Source: an uncultured Bacteroidota bacterium | GTDB lineage: Bacteria; Bacteroidota; Bacteroidia; Chitinophagales; Chitinophagaceae | Assembly: GCA_903848125.1 (NCBI GenBank) | Contig: CAINFN010000266.1 | Span: 1-47,298 of the forward strand | Reading direction: 5' to 3' | Length of the DNA: 47,298 bases | Part shown: positions 37,820-47,298 of the stretch, in pieces | How the letters are laid out: every line of letters begins with the position of its first letter | Position numbering within the stretch: the stretch's first letter is position 1 | The notes under the pieces: generated by a model | The model's database searches: none | The model's input: the letters and a program-made list of their open reading frames with translations, nothing else | What the model was told of the DNA's origin: nothing | Program-made: the position numbers and the translations under genes

Positions 37820-37941
37820 TTATTAATTATTTTAAATTGTTTAGTTAGGTGTTTAAAAATACAGTTTTTTAAGTTTCTATTTCTTTAAAATAGAAGATAT
37901 ATACAAAGTATGTAGTAAATTTATAATTCAAGTTACCTACT

Positions 37942-39510
37942 ATGATAAAACAAATTCTAATTGGAGCGTGTATCCTTTATTCAACCATTAATTATGCTCA
38001 AGAAGCCGATTATCTAATAAGAAATGGCAAGTTAATAGATGGTTCTGGAAATAATTGGCAATATAAAGATGTCGCCATTAAAGCAAATAAAATTGTTGCT
38101 GTTGGAAATTTAAAAAATTGGAAAGGCATTAAAGAAATAGATGCAAAAGGATGGGTGATAGCGCCTGGTTTTATTGATGTTCATGCACACGTAGAAGGAG
38201 ATGAAATTAGCAATCCATTGGCAACAAATTTTATTTACGATGGAGTAACCACAGTGGTAACAGGCAACTGTGGAAGTTCATTTGTACAATTAAAAAAATA
38301 TTTTGATCATTTAGATTCCATTGGCGTATCTATTAATATTGCTTCTTTGATTGGACAAAATAATATTAGAAAAGAAGTCATGGGTACCGCCAATCGAAAT
38401 GCAACTGAAGAAGAATTATTGGCCATGGAAAAAATTACTCAAACTGCAATGAACGAAGGGGCTGTTGGAATGTCTACAGGCTTAATCTATATACCAGGCG
38501 CCTATACACCCACTGAAGAAATTATACGATTGGCTAAAGTGGTAGCCAATAATGGTGGTATTTATTCTTCACACATTCGAAATGAAGAAGACAATGTAGC
38601 CGAAGCTATTAAAGAAGCAATACATATTGGAGATGCGGCAAAGCTGCCAGTAGAAATTTCCCATTTTAAGGTAAATGCACAACAAAATTGGGGAAGGAGT
38701 AATGAAACATTAGCCTTGGTAATGGATGCGCGTAATCAAGGAATAGATGTTACTATAGATCAATATCCTTATACAGCAAGTAGTACGCAGTTAAGTGTTT
38801 TATTACCAGAATGGGTATTAGCAGATGGACAAGACTCTATTAAAAGAAGATTGAAAAATCCTGAGATTAGAAAAAAAGTGATTGAACATGCATTAGGAAT
38901 CATTAAAAAAAGAGGATTAAAACATTTCAGTTATGCAATGGTTGCTAATTACAATGCAGATACCTTATACAATGGAAAGAGTATTGAAGAAATAAATACT
39001 TTAAGAGGTAATAAGCATTCCGCTATAAACGAAGCTAAAACGATTGTTCAAATGATGGAACAAGGAGGCGCTCAAATGGTTTACCATGGTATGAGCGAAG
39101 CTGATGTCATTACAATTATGAAATATCCATTTAATATGATTGCCAGTGATGCTGGCATTGCTAATATGAATGAAGGAAGGCCTCACCCAAGAGCGTATGG
39201 AACCAATGCAAGAGTATTAGGAAAATATGTTAGAGAGGAGAAAGTGATGCCGTTAGAAGAAGCGATTAGAAGAATGACCTCTTTGCCTGCAGAAAAATTT
39301 AACATTAAAAATAGAGGCCTTGTTAAGGAAGGCTATTATGCAGATATAGTCATCTTTGATGAAAATGAAGTAGCTGATAAATCGCTGTATGAAGCACCTC
39401 ATCAATATTCAGTAGGCTTTAAATATTGCTGGGTCAATGGCTCACTAACCATCAATGAGGGTAAACACAATGGCACTAAAAAAGGAATGGCCATTCGAAA
39501 TAAAAATTAA
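37942..39510 (+). CDS. N-acyl-D-amino-acid deacylase family amidohydrolase, secreted
   Basis: Signal peptide; APGFIDVHAH, GNCG, STGLIY.PG, SHIR, SHFK, ASDAG, PHPRAYG. Confidence 0.9.
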   Translation: MIKQILIGACILYSTINYAQEADYLIRNGKLIDGSGNNWQYKDVAIKANKIVAVGNLKNWKGIKEIDAKGWVIAPGFIDVHAHVEGDEISNPLATNFIYDGVTTVVTGNCGSSFVQLKKYFDHLDSIGVSINIASLIGQNNIRKEVMGTANRNATEEELLAMEKITQTAMNEGAVGMSTGLIYIPGAYTPTEEIIRLAKVVANNGGIYSSHIRNEEDNVAEAIKEAIHIGDAAKLPVEISHFKVNAQQNWGRSNETLALVMDARNQGIDVTIDQYPYTASSTQLSVLLPEWVLADGQDSIKRRLKNPEIRKKVIEHALGIIKKRGLKHFSYAMVANYNADTLYNGKSIEEINTLRGNKHSAINEAKTIVQMMEQGGAQMVYHGMSEADVITIMKYPFNMIASDAGIANMNEGRPHPRAYGTNARVLGKYVREEKVMPLEEAIRRMTSLPAEKFNIKNRGLVKEGYYADIVIFDENEVADKSLYEAPHQYSVGFKYCWVNGSLTINEGKHNGTKKGMAIRNKN

Positions 39511-39531
39511 AATTGCTTCTAACTGGTGGGC

Positions 39532-40236
39532 TTATCCTTGAATAAGTTTGGCGATGCCAAAGGCCGCAGTAGCTGCAAGCGCTCCAGTCATCATTACTTT
39601 TACGCCTCCCCACAAAGGATTTACGCCTGTCATTTTACTTTTAAAGAATCCGAAAATAAATAAGCAAATTAGGGTAATGATGGCAGATAGCTTTAGCCCT
39701 TCAATCGCATTGTCAACAAAAAAATAAGGTGATAAAGGAATTAAGCCACCAAGAATATAACTAAAGCCAATATTAAACGCACTTTTTCTTGCTCTTTTAG
39801 GATCTGGTTCAGTTAAACCAAGTTCATGTTTCATCATAAAATCTACCCAACGTTTGTCATCTTTTATAATTTCTTGAGTCGCTTCTTCGGCTGTGCTTGC
39901 ACTTAACCCCCATTCTAGAAAAACTTTTCTAACTTCTTCAATTTCTACGTCTCTTTTATGTTCCAATTCCCAAAATTCCTTTTTTAATTCACTTGCATAG
40001 TGGTCCTGCTCTGTTTTACCAGCTAAAAAACCCCCTAATCCCATAGCGATAGAGCCTGCAGCAATTTCGGCAATACCCGCAATCCAAATTAAGTTCACAT
40101 TTCCCTGAACTGCACCACTTAAACCCGCAGCCAATGCAAAAGGAACAGTAAGGCCATCACTCATTCCTATGACGATATCCGTTAATAAATCACTGCTTTG
40201 CATATGCTCTTCTAGGTGTAAATGGGTCTGATTCAT
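39532..40236 (-). CDS. VIT1/CCC1 family Fe/Mn transporter
   Basis: DIVIGMSDGLTVPFAL, AGSIAMGLGGFL, DFMMKHELG, GGLIPLSPY; likely start ATG 40236. Confidence 0.92.
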   Translation of the reverse strand: MNQTHLHLEEHMQSSDLLTDIVIGMSDGLTVPFALAAGLSGAVQGNVNLIWIAGIAEIAAGSIAMGLGGFLAGKTEQDHYASELKKEFWELEHKRDVEIEEVRKVFLEWGLSASTAEEATQEIIKDDKRWVDFMMKHELGLTEPDPKRARKSAFNIGFSYILGGLIPLSPYFFVDNAIEGLKLSAIITLICLFIFGFFKSKMTGVNPLWGGVKVMMTGALAATAAFGIAKLIQG

Positions 40237-40265
40237 GACAATGATTTTAAATAAACTAATTATAC

Positions 40266-40273
40266 CAAATTTA
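40266..40273 (-). promoter_or_regulatory. Bacteroidota sigma-A -7 element (TAnnTTTG) for the VIT1 gene
   Basis: TAAATTTG on the minus strand ~30 bp upstream of ATG 40236. Confidence 0.5.
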
Positions 40274-40372
40274 CGCAAAAATTAATAAATTTAGAGAAGC
40301 AAATTTATTCATCACATTTAACTGGTTAGGTTGTCAAATTCAACCACTAACTAAAACATTACAAACAAATTT

Positions 40373-41050
40373 ATGAAACAAGCGAAGTGGTATTTCTTAT
40401 TTTTATTTATTGCATTTTCAATGCAATTAGTGGCTCAAAAAAAAGCTAATAACAAAAAAGGATTTGAAAATTTATTTGGTACTAATTTATCAAATGCAAT
40501 TTATAATCCAGCCATATGGAAAGATTCTACTGGCGTATTAACAGCCTATAAAGATGAGTGTATCTGGAGCAAGGATGAATATGATGATTTTATTTTGGAT
40601 TTAGACTTTCAAACTGCCGATGGTACCAATAGTGGTGTAATCGTACATGCCACCGAAATTGTAGAATGGATACCGCATTCAGTTGAAATTCAAATTGCAG
40701 ATGATTATTCAAAAGAATGGAGCAAGGCAGATCCTACTTGGCAATGCGCTGCCATATTTGGACACAAGGCGGCTACCAATAAATCATTAAAACCTGCAGG
40801 TGAGTGGAATCATTATACTATTACTTGTAAAGGGAAAATGATCACTATTGTTTTAAATGGTACTAAAGTGAATGAGTGTAATATGGATGACTATACTTCT
40901 TCAAAAACAAATCCTGATGGAACTAAAATTCCTTCTTGGTTAAGCAACCCTATGTCTACACTTCCACTGCATGGTCATGTTGGATTACAAGGCAAGCACG
41001 CTGGCGCACCGATTTATTTTAAAAATGTAAAAATAAAAAGTTTGAGTTAA
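40373..41050 (+). CDS. DUF1080 (3-keto-disaccharide hydrolase / 3-keto-2-hydroxy-glycal hydratase family) protein, secreted
   Basis: YDDFILDLDF, NSGV, EIQIADD, GEWNHYTI, GHVGLQGKH, FKNVKIK. Confidence 0.9.
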   Translation: MKQAKWYFLFLFIAFSMQLVAQKKANNKKGFENLFGTNLSNAIYNPAIWKDSTGVLTAYKDECIWSKDEYDDFILDLDFQTADGTNSGVIVHATEIVEWIPHSVEIQIADDYSKEWSKADPTWQCAAIFGHKAATNKSLKPAGEWNHYTITCKGKMITIVLNGTKVNECNMDDYTSSKTNPDGTKIPSWLSNPMSTLPLHGHVGLQGKHAGAPIYFKNVKIKSLS

Positions 41051-41068
41051 TTAAATTTTAAAAATAAA

Positions 41069-42334
41069 ATGATGAAAGATAAAAATAGCAGGCGTCGATT
41101 TTTAAAAAATACAGCAGCCATTGCTGCAGGATTTTCTATTGTGCCAAGAAGTGTTTTAGGACGCGGTTTTTTAGCGCCTAGTGATCAACTTACAAAAGGT
41201 ATTGTTGGTATAGGTGGAATGGGCAGAGGCCATATTCCTTATGCTGGTACTAGAGTCGTGGCTATTTGCGATGTAGATAAAAAACATTTAGAAAGTGCAG
41301 CATCACAAATTGGTGGAAATGTTAAAACTTTTGATAACCATCACGATTTAATAGCCTTACCAGAAGTAGACATCGTACATATTGCCACTCCCCCACATTG
41401 GCATGGTATTATTTCAATAGATGCAGCTAAAGCGGGTAAAGATATATGGTGCGAAAAACCAATGACAAGAACCATTGGAGAAGGAAAAAGAGTAGTAGAA
41501 GCAGTACAACAATACAAGCGAATGTTTCGACTCAATACCTGGTTTCGTTTTGAAGATAATTTTTACGGAATGAATACCACAGTTAAACCTATAAAAAAAT
41601 TAGTGGAATCTGGTTTATTAGGATGGCCATTAACCGTTACAGTAAGTAAAACCACTGGTTTTGATTGGAAGTTTTATTGGGTAGGTAAAACAAAATTAGA
41701 AGAACAGCCTATTCCAGCGGAATTAAATTATGATCGATGGTTAGGACCTGCTCCTTACAAACCTTATAATGCACACAGAGTTCATACCACATTTAGAGGT
41801 TATTGGGATTATGATGGTGGTGGATTAGGCGATATGGGTCAACACTATTTAGATCCAATACAATATTTTTTGGGGAAAGATGACACCAGTCCTGTGCTGG
41901 TTGAAGTAGATGCAGAGCAACAACATCCTGATGCCTGTGGTACTTTTAGAAAAATAACTTTCACTTATGCAGACGGCTGTAAAATAATTTTAGATGGAGA
42001 AGACACGGAACCTAATGCAGCTTATATAACAGGACCTAAAGGAAAATTATTCGCTGGTTTTAAATCAGACATCCCTAATTTAAAAGAGAAATTAGCCATG
42101 ATGCCAGATCCAAAACCTCAAGTAACTAATTTTTTAGACAGCGTTAAGTTTAGAACCCCTTTTGCACTCAACGAATCAAATGGCTTTCGATCTTGTACCC
42201 TTATCAATATGGGAAAAATTGCTTTACAATTAGGAAGAACATTAAATTTTAATCCAGCTACGCTAGAATTTATCAATGATCAAGAAGCCAATATGCTTAT
42301 TAATCCACCTATGCGTTCTCCTTGGAATATTTAA
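41069..42334 (+). CDS. Tat-exported Gfo/Idh/MocA family oxidoreductase
   Basis: SRRRFLK; VGIGGMG, ATPPHWH, CEKP, WLGPAP, FRGYWDYDGGGLGDMGQHYLD. Confidence 0.92.
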   Translation: MMKDKNSRRRFLKNTAAIAAGFSIVPRSVLGRGFLAPSDQLTKGIVGIGGMGRGHIPYAGTRVVAICDVDKKHLESAASQIGGNVKTFDNHHDLIALPEVDIVHIATPPHWHGIISIDAAKAGKDIWCEKPMTRTIGEGKRVVEAVQQYKRMFRLNTWFRFEDNFYGMNTTVKPIKKLVESGLLGWPLTVTVSKTTGFDWKFYWVGKTKLEEQPIPAELNYDRWLGPAPYKPYNAHRVHTTFRGYWDYDGGGLGDMGQHYLDPIQYFLGKDDTSPVLVEVDAEQQHPDACGTFRKITFTYADGCKIILDGEDTEPNAAYITGPKGKLFAGFKSDIPNLKEKLAMMPDPKPQVTNFLDSVKFRTPFALNESNGFRSCTLINMGKIALQLGRTLNFNPATLEFINDQEANMLINPPMRSPWNI

Positions 42335-42336
42335 AA

Positions 42337-44514
42337 ATGAAACAAAACAGTACCATGAAAAATTTATTCTCTTATATATTGTTCTTCTCAATGAGTGTAA
42401 CAATAGCGAACGCTCAACAAGAATCAATCACTGCCACTATTGACGCCTTTCCATACCAACATAAATCAGAAGCAACTGCTTCAATAATTGCTATGCAGTC
42501 ATGGCAAAAAAAAGAATGGAAGCAATTGGTAAAATTGTTAAATGATGATTCTTTAAAATTAAAGTCTAGCTATGCAATGAATGCATTTGTTCATGAAGCC
42601 GCTTTACATCCAGTATTAAAAAAGCAAACAGCCACTATTTTAGCTGGTCTTTATTCGGAAGCAACCACTTTCTATAGTAAAGAATTAATTATTAAAGAAC
42701 TTTCTCTTTTAGGGGATGATGCCGCTGTAAAATTATTAACCAATTTATTAAAAGACGAAACTTTTAATGGCAACGCGGCTAGAGCATTGGCTAGTATACA
42801 TACAGAAAATGCCATTGCTTCATTAAATAATGCACTAAAAAATGCAAGCGGAGAAAATAAAAAAAATATTCAAGCTGCATTAGACAATGTGCATTTTGTT
42901 TTACCTGAAATTAAAACAGCAGTTAATGAAAATAAAAAGACCATTACCCATGCACAACAATTGCTTTTATTACAAGATGAAATGGAAAAAGCAACTAATT
43001 ATATTGAAAAGAAAAGAATTTTAGTAAGTGCTTCAAAAATTCCAGGCTTTGGTAGCTTTATGTTTGTAAGTAAATCATTAGATGATGAAAATTTAAATAA
43101 AGAGGCCGCACTCATTGTAACTAGATTGGCTTTAGCAGATAAACAAATTAAAGGGGCTGAGGTTAGAACTGCATTAGAGAAGGCCGTGAACCTAATACAT
43201 GGAGAAGACAGTGCTGTATTGGTTTTAAAATTAAAAGCTCATTTAAAAACATTGCCCTATGATTACGGATTTATAAGTTTATTTAATGGAAAAGACCTTT
43301 CTAATTGGAAAGCTTTGGTGGCCAATCCAATTGTTCGATCCAAAATGAACGATTCTGCATTAGTAGCAGCAGAAAAAATAGCCAATGAAAAAACAAAAGG
43401 AGATTGGATAGCAAAAGATGGTTTACTTGTATTTACTGGTCATGGTGATAATTTAGCCACTGAAAAAAAGTATGGCGACTTTGAAATGTATGTAGATTGG
43501 AAGATAACTGAAAAAGGAGATGCCGGTATTTACTTGCGCGGTACCCCACAAGTTCAAATATGGGATACTAGCCGAAGAGATGCTGGTGCACAAGTAGGTT
43601 CGGGTGGATTATACAATAATCAAAAAAATGTAAGCAAACCATTGGTAGTAGCGGACAATAAAGTGGGTGAGTGGAATACCTTTCATATTATCATGCAAGG
43701 TGAAAAAGTAACAGTTTATTTAAATGGAATTTTAGTAACCGATAATATCACATTAGAAAACTACTGGGACCATAGCTTACCCATTTTTGCAAAAGAACAA
43801 ATCGAATTGCAAGCACATGGCACTTATGTAGCTTACAGAAATATTTATATCAAAGAACTGCCTACAGCAACAACCAAAACAATAACAGATGAGGAACAAA
43901 AACAAGGATTTGTTTCTTTGTTTGATGGTAGCAATCTTGACCAATGGACTGGAAATACTAAAGGTTATTTAATTCAAGATGGAGCCGTGATGGTAAATCC
44001 AGAAGATGGAAGTGTGGGTAATTTATATACCATGGAGGAGTTTGATAATTTTATATATCGTTTTGAATTTCAATTGACACCGGGTGCCAACAATGGCATT
44101 GGTGTTCATGCTCCATTGGAGGGGGATGCTGCTTATTTAGGTATGGAAATTCAAGTATTAGATAGCGAACATCCAATGTATGCAACATTACAACCTTATC
44201 AATACCATGGATCTGTTTACGGTGTTATCCCAGCTAAAAGAGGCTTTTTAAAACCAACTGGGGAGTGGAATCAGGAAGAAATCATGGTGAATGGAACAAA
44301 AATAAAAGTGACTTTAAATGGAACGGTCATTGTGGATGGAGATTATGCAACAGCTTCTGCTAATGGAACCATGGACCATCAACAACATCCTGGATTAACA
44401 AGAACAACCGGACACTTAGGGTTCTTAGGCCACGGTGATGTAGTTAGATTTAAAAACATGCGTGTTAAGAAGATCATTGAAGAGGTAAAATCAAAAAGAA
44501 AAAGAAAAGCTTAA
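42337..44514 (+). CDS. HEAT-repeat + tandem DUF1080 protein, secreted
   Basis: Helical repeats (LSLLGDDAAVKLL; AARALASI) followed by two DUF1080 domains (SLFNGKDLSNW...IELQAHG; SLFDGSNLDQW...GFLGHG). Start is ATG 42337 or 42355. Confidence 0.88.
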   Translation: MKQNSTMKNLFSYILFFSMSVTIANAQQESITATIDAFPYQHKSEATASIIAMQSWQKKEWKQLVKLLNDDSLKLKSSYAMNAFVHEAALHPVLKKQTATILAGLYSEATTFYSKELIIKELSLLGDDAAVKLLTNLLKDETFNGNAARALASIHTENAIASLNNALKNASGENKKNIQAALDNVHFVLPEIKTAVNENKKTITHAQQLLLLQDEMEKATNYIEKKRILVSASKIPGFGSFMFVSKSLDDENLNKEAALIVTRLALADKQIKGAEVRTALEKAVNLIHGEDSAVLVLKLKAHLKTLPYDYGFISLFNGKDLSNWKALVANPIVRSKMNDSALVAAEKIANEKTKGDWIAKDGLLVFTGHGDNLATEKKYGDFEMYVDWKITEKGDAGIYLRGTPQVQIWDTSRRDAGAQVGSGGLYNNQKNVSKPLVVADNKVGEWNTFHIIMQGEKVTVYLNGILVTDNITLENYWDHSLPIFAKEQIELQAHGTYVAYRNIYIKELPTATTKTITDEEQKQGFVSLFDGSNLDQWTGNTKGYLIQDGAVMVNPEDGSVGNLYTMEEFDNFIYRFEFQLTPGANNGIGVHAPLEGDAAYLGMEIQVLDSEHPMYATLQPYQYHGSVYGVIPAKRGFLKPTGEWNQEEIMVNGTKIKVTLNGTVIVDGDYATASANGTMDHQQHPGLTRTTGHLGFLGHGDVVRFKNMRVKKIIEEVKSKRKRKA

Positions 44515-44534
44515 ATCCTTAATTAAGCGTTGAC

Positions 44535-44571
44535 ATAAAAAAACCCTCACATTGCTGTGAGGGTTTTTTAT
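44535..44571. terminator. Bidirectional intrinsic terminator
   Basis: Perfect aaaaaaccctcaca-ttgc-tgtgagggtttttt hairpin between convergent genes. Confidence 0.92.
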
Positions 44572-44598
44572 TGAGTATTTTTTAATTAACTAATCTGA

Positions 44599-47136
44599 TT
44601 AGAAGTTAATTTTCAAACTAATGTCAGAAGATCTGCCCCAGCCTTTGAAGCCAGAACCCAATGTACCAGCAGCAGCACCGCCAGCATCATTTGCTTCAAT
44701 CCAGTAGTTTCTGTCAAATAAGTTATAAACGTGTGCAGAAGCGTATGAATCAAGTCCTCCAATTTTTAATTTATATCCAATTCTTGCATTGCCAACACCA
44801 TAAGCAGGAATTCTGTAAGGTTGTGCAGTAATTGCAGGATTTGTTCTTGCAGATGGATCATAGTAAGCATAATACTTATCATTATAAGTAAAGTCACCAC
44901 CTAAATCAAAGTTTTTAGTTACTTGATATCTAACTATCAATCCAGTGCTAATTTGTGGTTGGTCACCTACAAATAAACCATCAGAATATACATTCACTTT
45001 TGTATCTGTATTTTTTACATCATCATGTAAAACTGCTGCAGCATTACCTTTCCATTTCCAATCACCACCTGAAGCAAATGCGCCAATTTCTAATTTCTTA
45101 GTTACTTTAACTTTCGCTTCAGCTTCTATTCCTTTATGCACCGCACCTTGTCCTGTAATCAATGCTCTGTATTGTGTACCATCCGCATTGTTTAATAATG
45201 GAGAAGTTAAAGAACGGTTTTTAAATTCGGTATAGTATGCATTTAATTTAAACGTAAATGCATTTGAACGGAAGCCATATCCAATCTCACCTGACTTTGC
45301 TTCTTCATTTTTGATATTCGCATTTACAGCATTTCCTGAAAGAGGATTAGTAGTGGTAGTAGTACCATTGTATATAAAGCTTAAGTAAGGAGCTCTGCTG
45401 TAAGCACCAATGCTAGCAAAAATATTGTTGTATTCATCAATATTATAGTTGGCACCAGTTTTAATATTGTAACCAGTTAAATTTACTTTAGCAGCACTGT
45501 ATTCAGTATGAGAGTTGTTATATCTATCAGTTCTACCGTAGTAGGTTTCAGATAAAGCACCTTGTAAGAATAAGGATACATTATCTTTATTGTATTCTAT
45601 TTGACCAAATGTTCCTAAGTAGTTCACTAAACCATCATAATCATAAGCAACTCGATTATTAACAGGAGTTACTGCTGTAACATCAACGTATGAACTTACT
45701 TTAGGATCTACTTTTGCAAGAACATTGAATGGATCTTTGTAGAAATAACCACCGATTAAATCTCTCATTTCACGGAAGTGAGTTCCAACATAAGTTCTAC
45801 CATCCAAACCAAAGGTTAAGTTTAAAGTTGGCGTTAATTGTGTATTTAAAGTTGATAAAGCACCTGTCCAAACGTGGTTGTTAATAGAGTTTCTAATAGC
45901 AAAAGTTGAACCAGTTGCTGAATAGGGGTTATTAGCATAAGTCGCATCCATCAATAATAAACCATTTGCATCTCTAGCTGTAGGAGCTGTACCAATAGTA
46001 CCACTACCACCACCATGACCGAATGAAGTATATACCGATGTAGTCAAGGTAGTATTCTTGCTCAATGTCCAATAATCATTCAAACTAAAAATTGGTTTGT
46101 GGAAATAGTTGATGTTGATATTTTTTTGAGAACCATCAGAAAAAGTATAAACGTCTTTGTTGTATTTTAAACCGTATTTATCATATTCTTCAGGAGTTAA
46201 ACGAGTACTTCTTTGTCCGTGCTCTTGAGGTGCGCCTAATGCAGTAAATTGAATTTTGTGACTTCCTAAATTTCTAGAATAAGACAAGAAATAAGAATAT
46301 GCCTTAGTATAAGTATTGTTTACATAACCATTTCCTTGTGTAGTAGATCCTACAAAAGAAAACGCACCTTTATCCGTATTACCTGTAGACAATGACAATA
46401 CAGTATGAGATTGACCGAAATCAGTTAAAGATTGTTGAATAGAACCACCTTTTTCTGCATCCGTTGTTTTTGTAATAATATTCATTGTACCTCCCACAGA
46501 TTGGATGGCTAATTTAGAAGCACCCATACCTCTTTGTACTTGAATTTGTTTTAATGCATCACCAATACCAGCCCAGTTTGAAAAATAAACTGTGCCACCT
46601 TCCATATCATTTACTGGAACACCATTGATTAATACAGCGATGTTTTTATTATCAAAACCTCTGATGTTTATTCTAGAATCTCCATATCCACCACCTGCTT
46701 TTGTAACAAACGCAGAAGGAGTAATTCTTAATAATTCTGGTAATTCTTGAGTACCTAAGTTTTCTTGTGCGAATTTTGCATTTACAGTTGAAATAGGAAC
46801 AGGTGTTTTTCTGTCAACACCTAAGTTAGCAAAAACCGCTACTTCTTTTAAACCAATTGAAGTAGATTGTAATTCTACAACCATGCCGTCTTTAGCTTCT
46901 ACTTTTAAGTTATTAAAACCAACATAAGAAATAGTAATATTATCTCCTTTGTTTGTTTTTGTCAAAGTGAATGTTCCATCTAATCCAGAAGAAACGCTTT
47001 CACCTTTTGAACTTGTAATAGTAGCATTAGCTAAAATCTCTCTTGTTGTTTGGTCTATGACCTTACCCTTAATTTGAGAAAATGACGATAAACTTAAAGT
47101 CATTAATCCAATCATCAGGACAATTACCTTTTTCAT
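44599..47136 (-). CDS. TonB-dependent outer-membrane receptor with N-terminal carboxypeptidase-regulatory-like domain
   Basis: Signal peptide, IKGKVID..ISYVGF, plug motifs (INIRGF, INGVPVND, VQRG, GGTMNIITK), NLFD and C-terminal Phe. Confidence 0.92.
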   Translation of the reverse strand: MKKVIVLMIGLMTLSLSSFSQIKGKVIDQTTREILANATITSSKGESVSSGLDGTFTLTKTNKGDNITISYVGFNNLKVEAKDGMVVELQSTSIGLKEVAVFANLGVDRKTPVPISTVNAKFAQENLGTQELPELLRITPSAFVTKAGGGYGDSRINIRGFDNKNIAVLINGVPVNDMEGGTVYFSNWAGIGDALKQIQVQRGMGASKLAIQSVGGTMNIITKTTDAEKGGSIQQSLTDFGQSHTVLSLSTGNTDKGAFSFVGSTTQGNGYVNNTYTKAYSYFLSYSRNLGSHKIQFTALGAPQEHGQRSTRLTPEEYDKYGLKYNKDVYTFSDGSQKNININYFHKPIFSLNDYWTLSKNTTLTTSVYTSFGHGGGSGTIGTAPTARDANGLLLMDATYANNPYSATGSTFAIRNSINNHVWTGALSTLNTQLTPTLNLTFGLDGRTYVGTHFREMRDLIGGYFYKDPFNVLAKVDPKVSSYVDVTAVTPVNNRVAYDYDGLVNYLGTFGQIEYNKDNVSLFLQGALSETYYGRTDRYNNSHTEYSAAKVNLTGYNIKTGANYNIDEYNNIFASIGAYSRAPYLSFIYNGTTTTTNPLSGNAVNANIKNEEAKSGEIGYGFRSNAFTFKLNAYYTEFKNRSLTSPLLNNADGTQYRALITGQGAVHKGIEAEAKVKVTKKLEIGAFASGGDWKWKGNAAAVLHDDVKNTDTKVNVYSDGLFVGDQPQISTGLIVRYQVTKNFDLGGDFTYNDKYYAYYDPSARTNPAITAQPYRIPAYGVGNARIGYKLKIGGLDSYASAHVYNLFDRNYWIEANDAGGAAAGTLGSGFKGWGRSSDISLKINF

Positions 47137-47258
47137 ACTTTTTTTTATTTTTTGATTTATTACAGATGTTGTTTTATTAAATACTACTTAATCAAGATTG
47201 TTTAAATAGTACTTTTTCTAAGCTTATTTAATAACGATTTCATTAAATAATCTAAGTG

Positions 47259-47266
47259 CAAATTTA
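47259..47266 (-). promoter_or_regulatory. Bacteroidota sigma-A -7 element for the TonB-dependent receptor
   Basis: TAAATTTG on the minus strand ~120 bp upstream of the ATG. Confidence 0.55.
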
Positions 47267-47298
47267 ATCTAAAACTTGTAAATTAAATTCACAATTCA

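Noticed and set aside
37820-37941. Possible SAM riboswitch upstream of the MetB-like gene, or cobalamin riboswitch upstream of the TonB receptor
   Set aside because: Both leaders are short and AT-rich with no recognisable conserved aptamer motifs.
3296-40294. Palindromic TAAATTTA in three divergent intergenic regions (3296, 37916, 40287) as a shared operator
   Set aside because: An all-AT 8-mer in very AT-rich spacers, better explained as a relaxed -7 promoter box or chance.
44005-44040. GSVGNLYTMEEF in the last DUF1080 domain looks atypical versus the usual GGGNLYTK-like motif
   Set aside because: The frame is intact; natural variation cannot be told from consensus error without alignments or reads.
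1210-45235. Many 60-126 aa ORFs in the track that overlap longer genes (e.g. 2795-3139, 17394-17774, 26697-27014, 44945-45235)
   Set aside because: They are antisense or off-frame shadows of well-supported genes, with no motifs or credible start context.
1-47298. CRISPR arrays, IS elements, integrases, tRNA/rRNA
   Set aside because: No regularly spaced repeats, transposase/integrase motifs or structured RNA-gene-like segments were seen; intergenic gaps are at most ~300 bp and AT-rich.

Overview
AT-rich (roughly one-third G+C by eye), gene-dense bacterial DNA whose gene families and SD-less, A-rich start contexts point to Bacteroidota (Chitinophagaceae-like is a guess). It holds about 30 intact genes, two apparently broken genes (an MFS transporter with a frameshift near 8132 and a MetB/MetC-family PLP enzyme with one in-frame TAA at 37025-37027) and one gene start cut by the left edge. 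No rRNA, tRNA, CRISPR, mobile element or transcription regulator was seen. The window is dominated by exported (Sec/Tat) redox and carbohydrate-related proteins. (i) An ApbE flavin transferase, a cysteine-less FGE-fold protein and a Tat Gfo/Idh/MocA oxidoreductase lie divergent from a Tat TIM-barrel protein and a GH95-like hydrolase. (ii) There are two diverged copies of a functionally uncharacterised module of planctomycete-type di-haem DUF1549/DUF1553 protein, Tat DUF1501 and membrane DUF2231-cytochrome c-LRR protein, each with different accessory enzymes and sugar-binding domains. (iii) A DUF1080-Gfo/Idh/MocA-HEAT/DUF1080 operon is of the 3-ketoglycoside type. The best candidates for an undescribed system are the haem/DUF1501 module and a possible non-canonical flavinylation target (DAITRPS) next to ApbE. 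All family calls come from motif recognition by eye, not from database searches.
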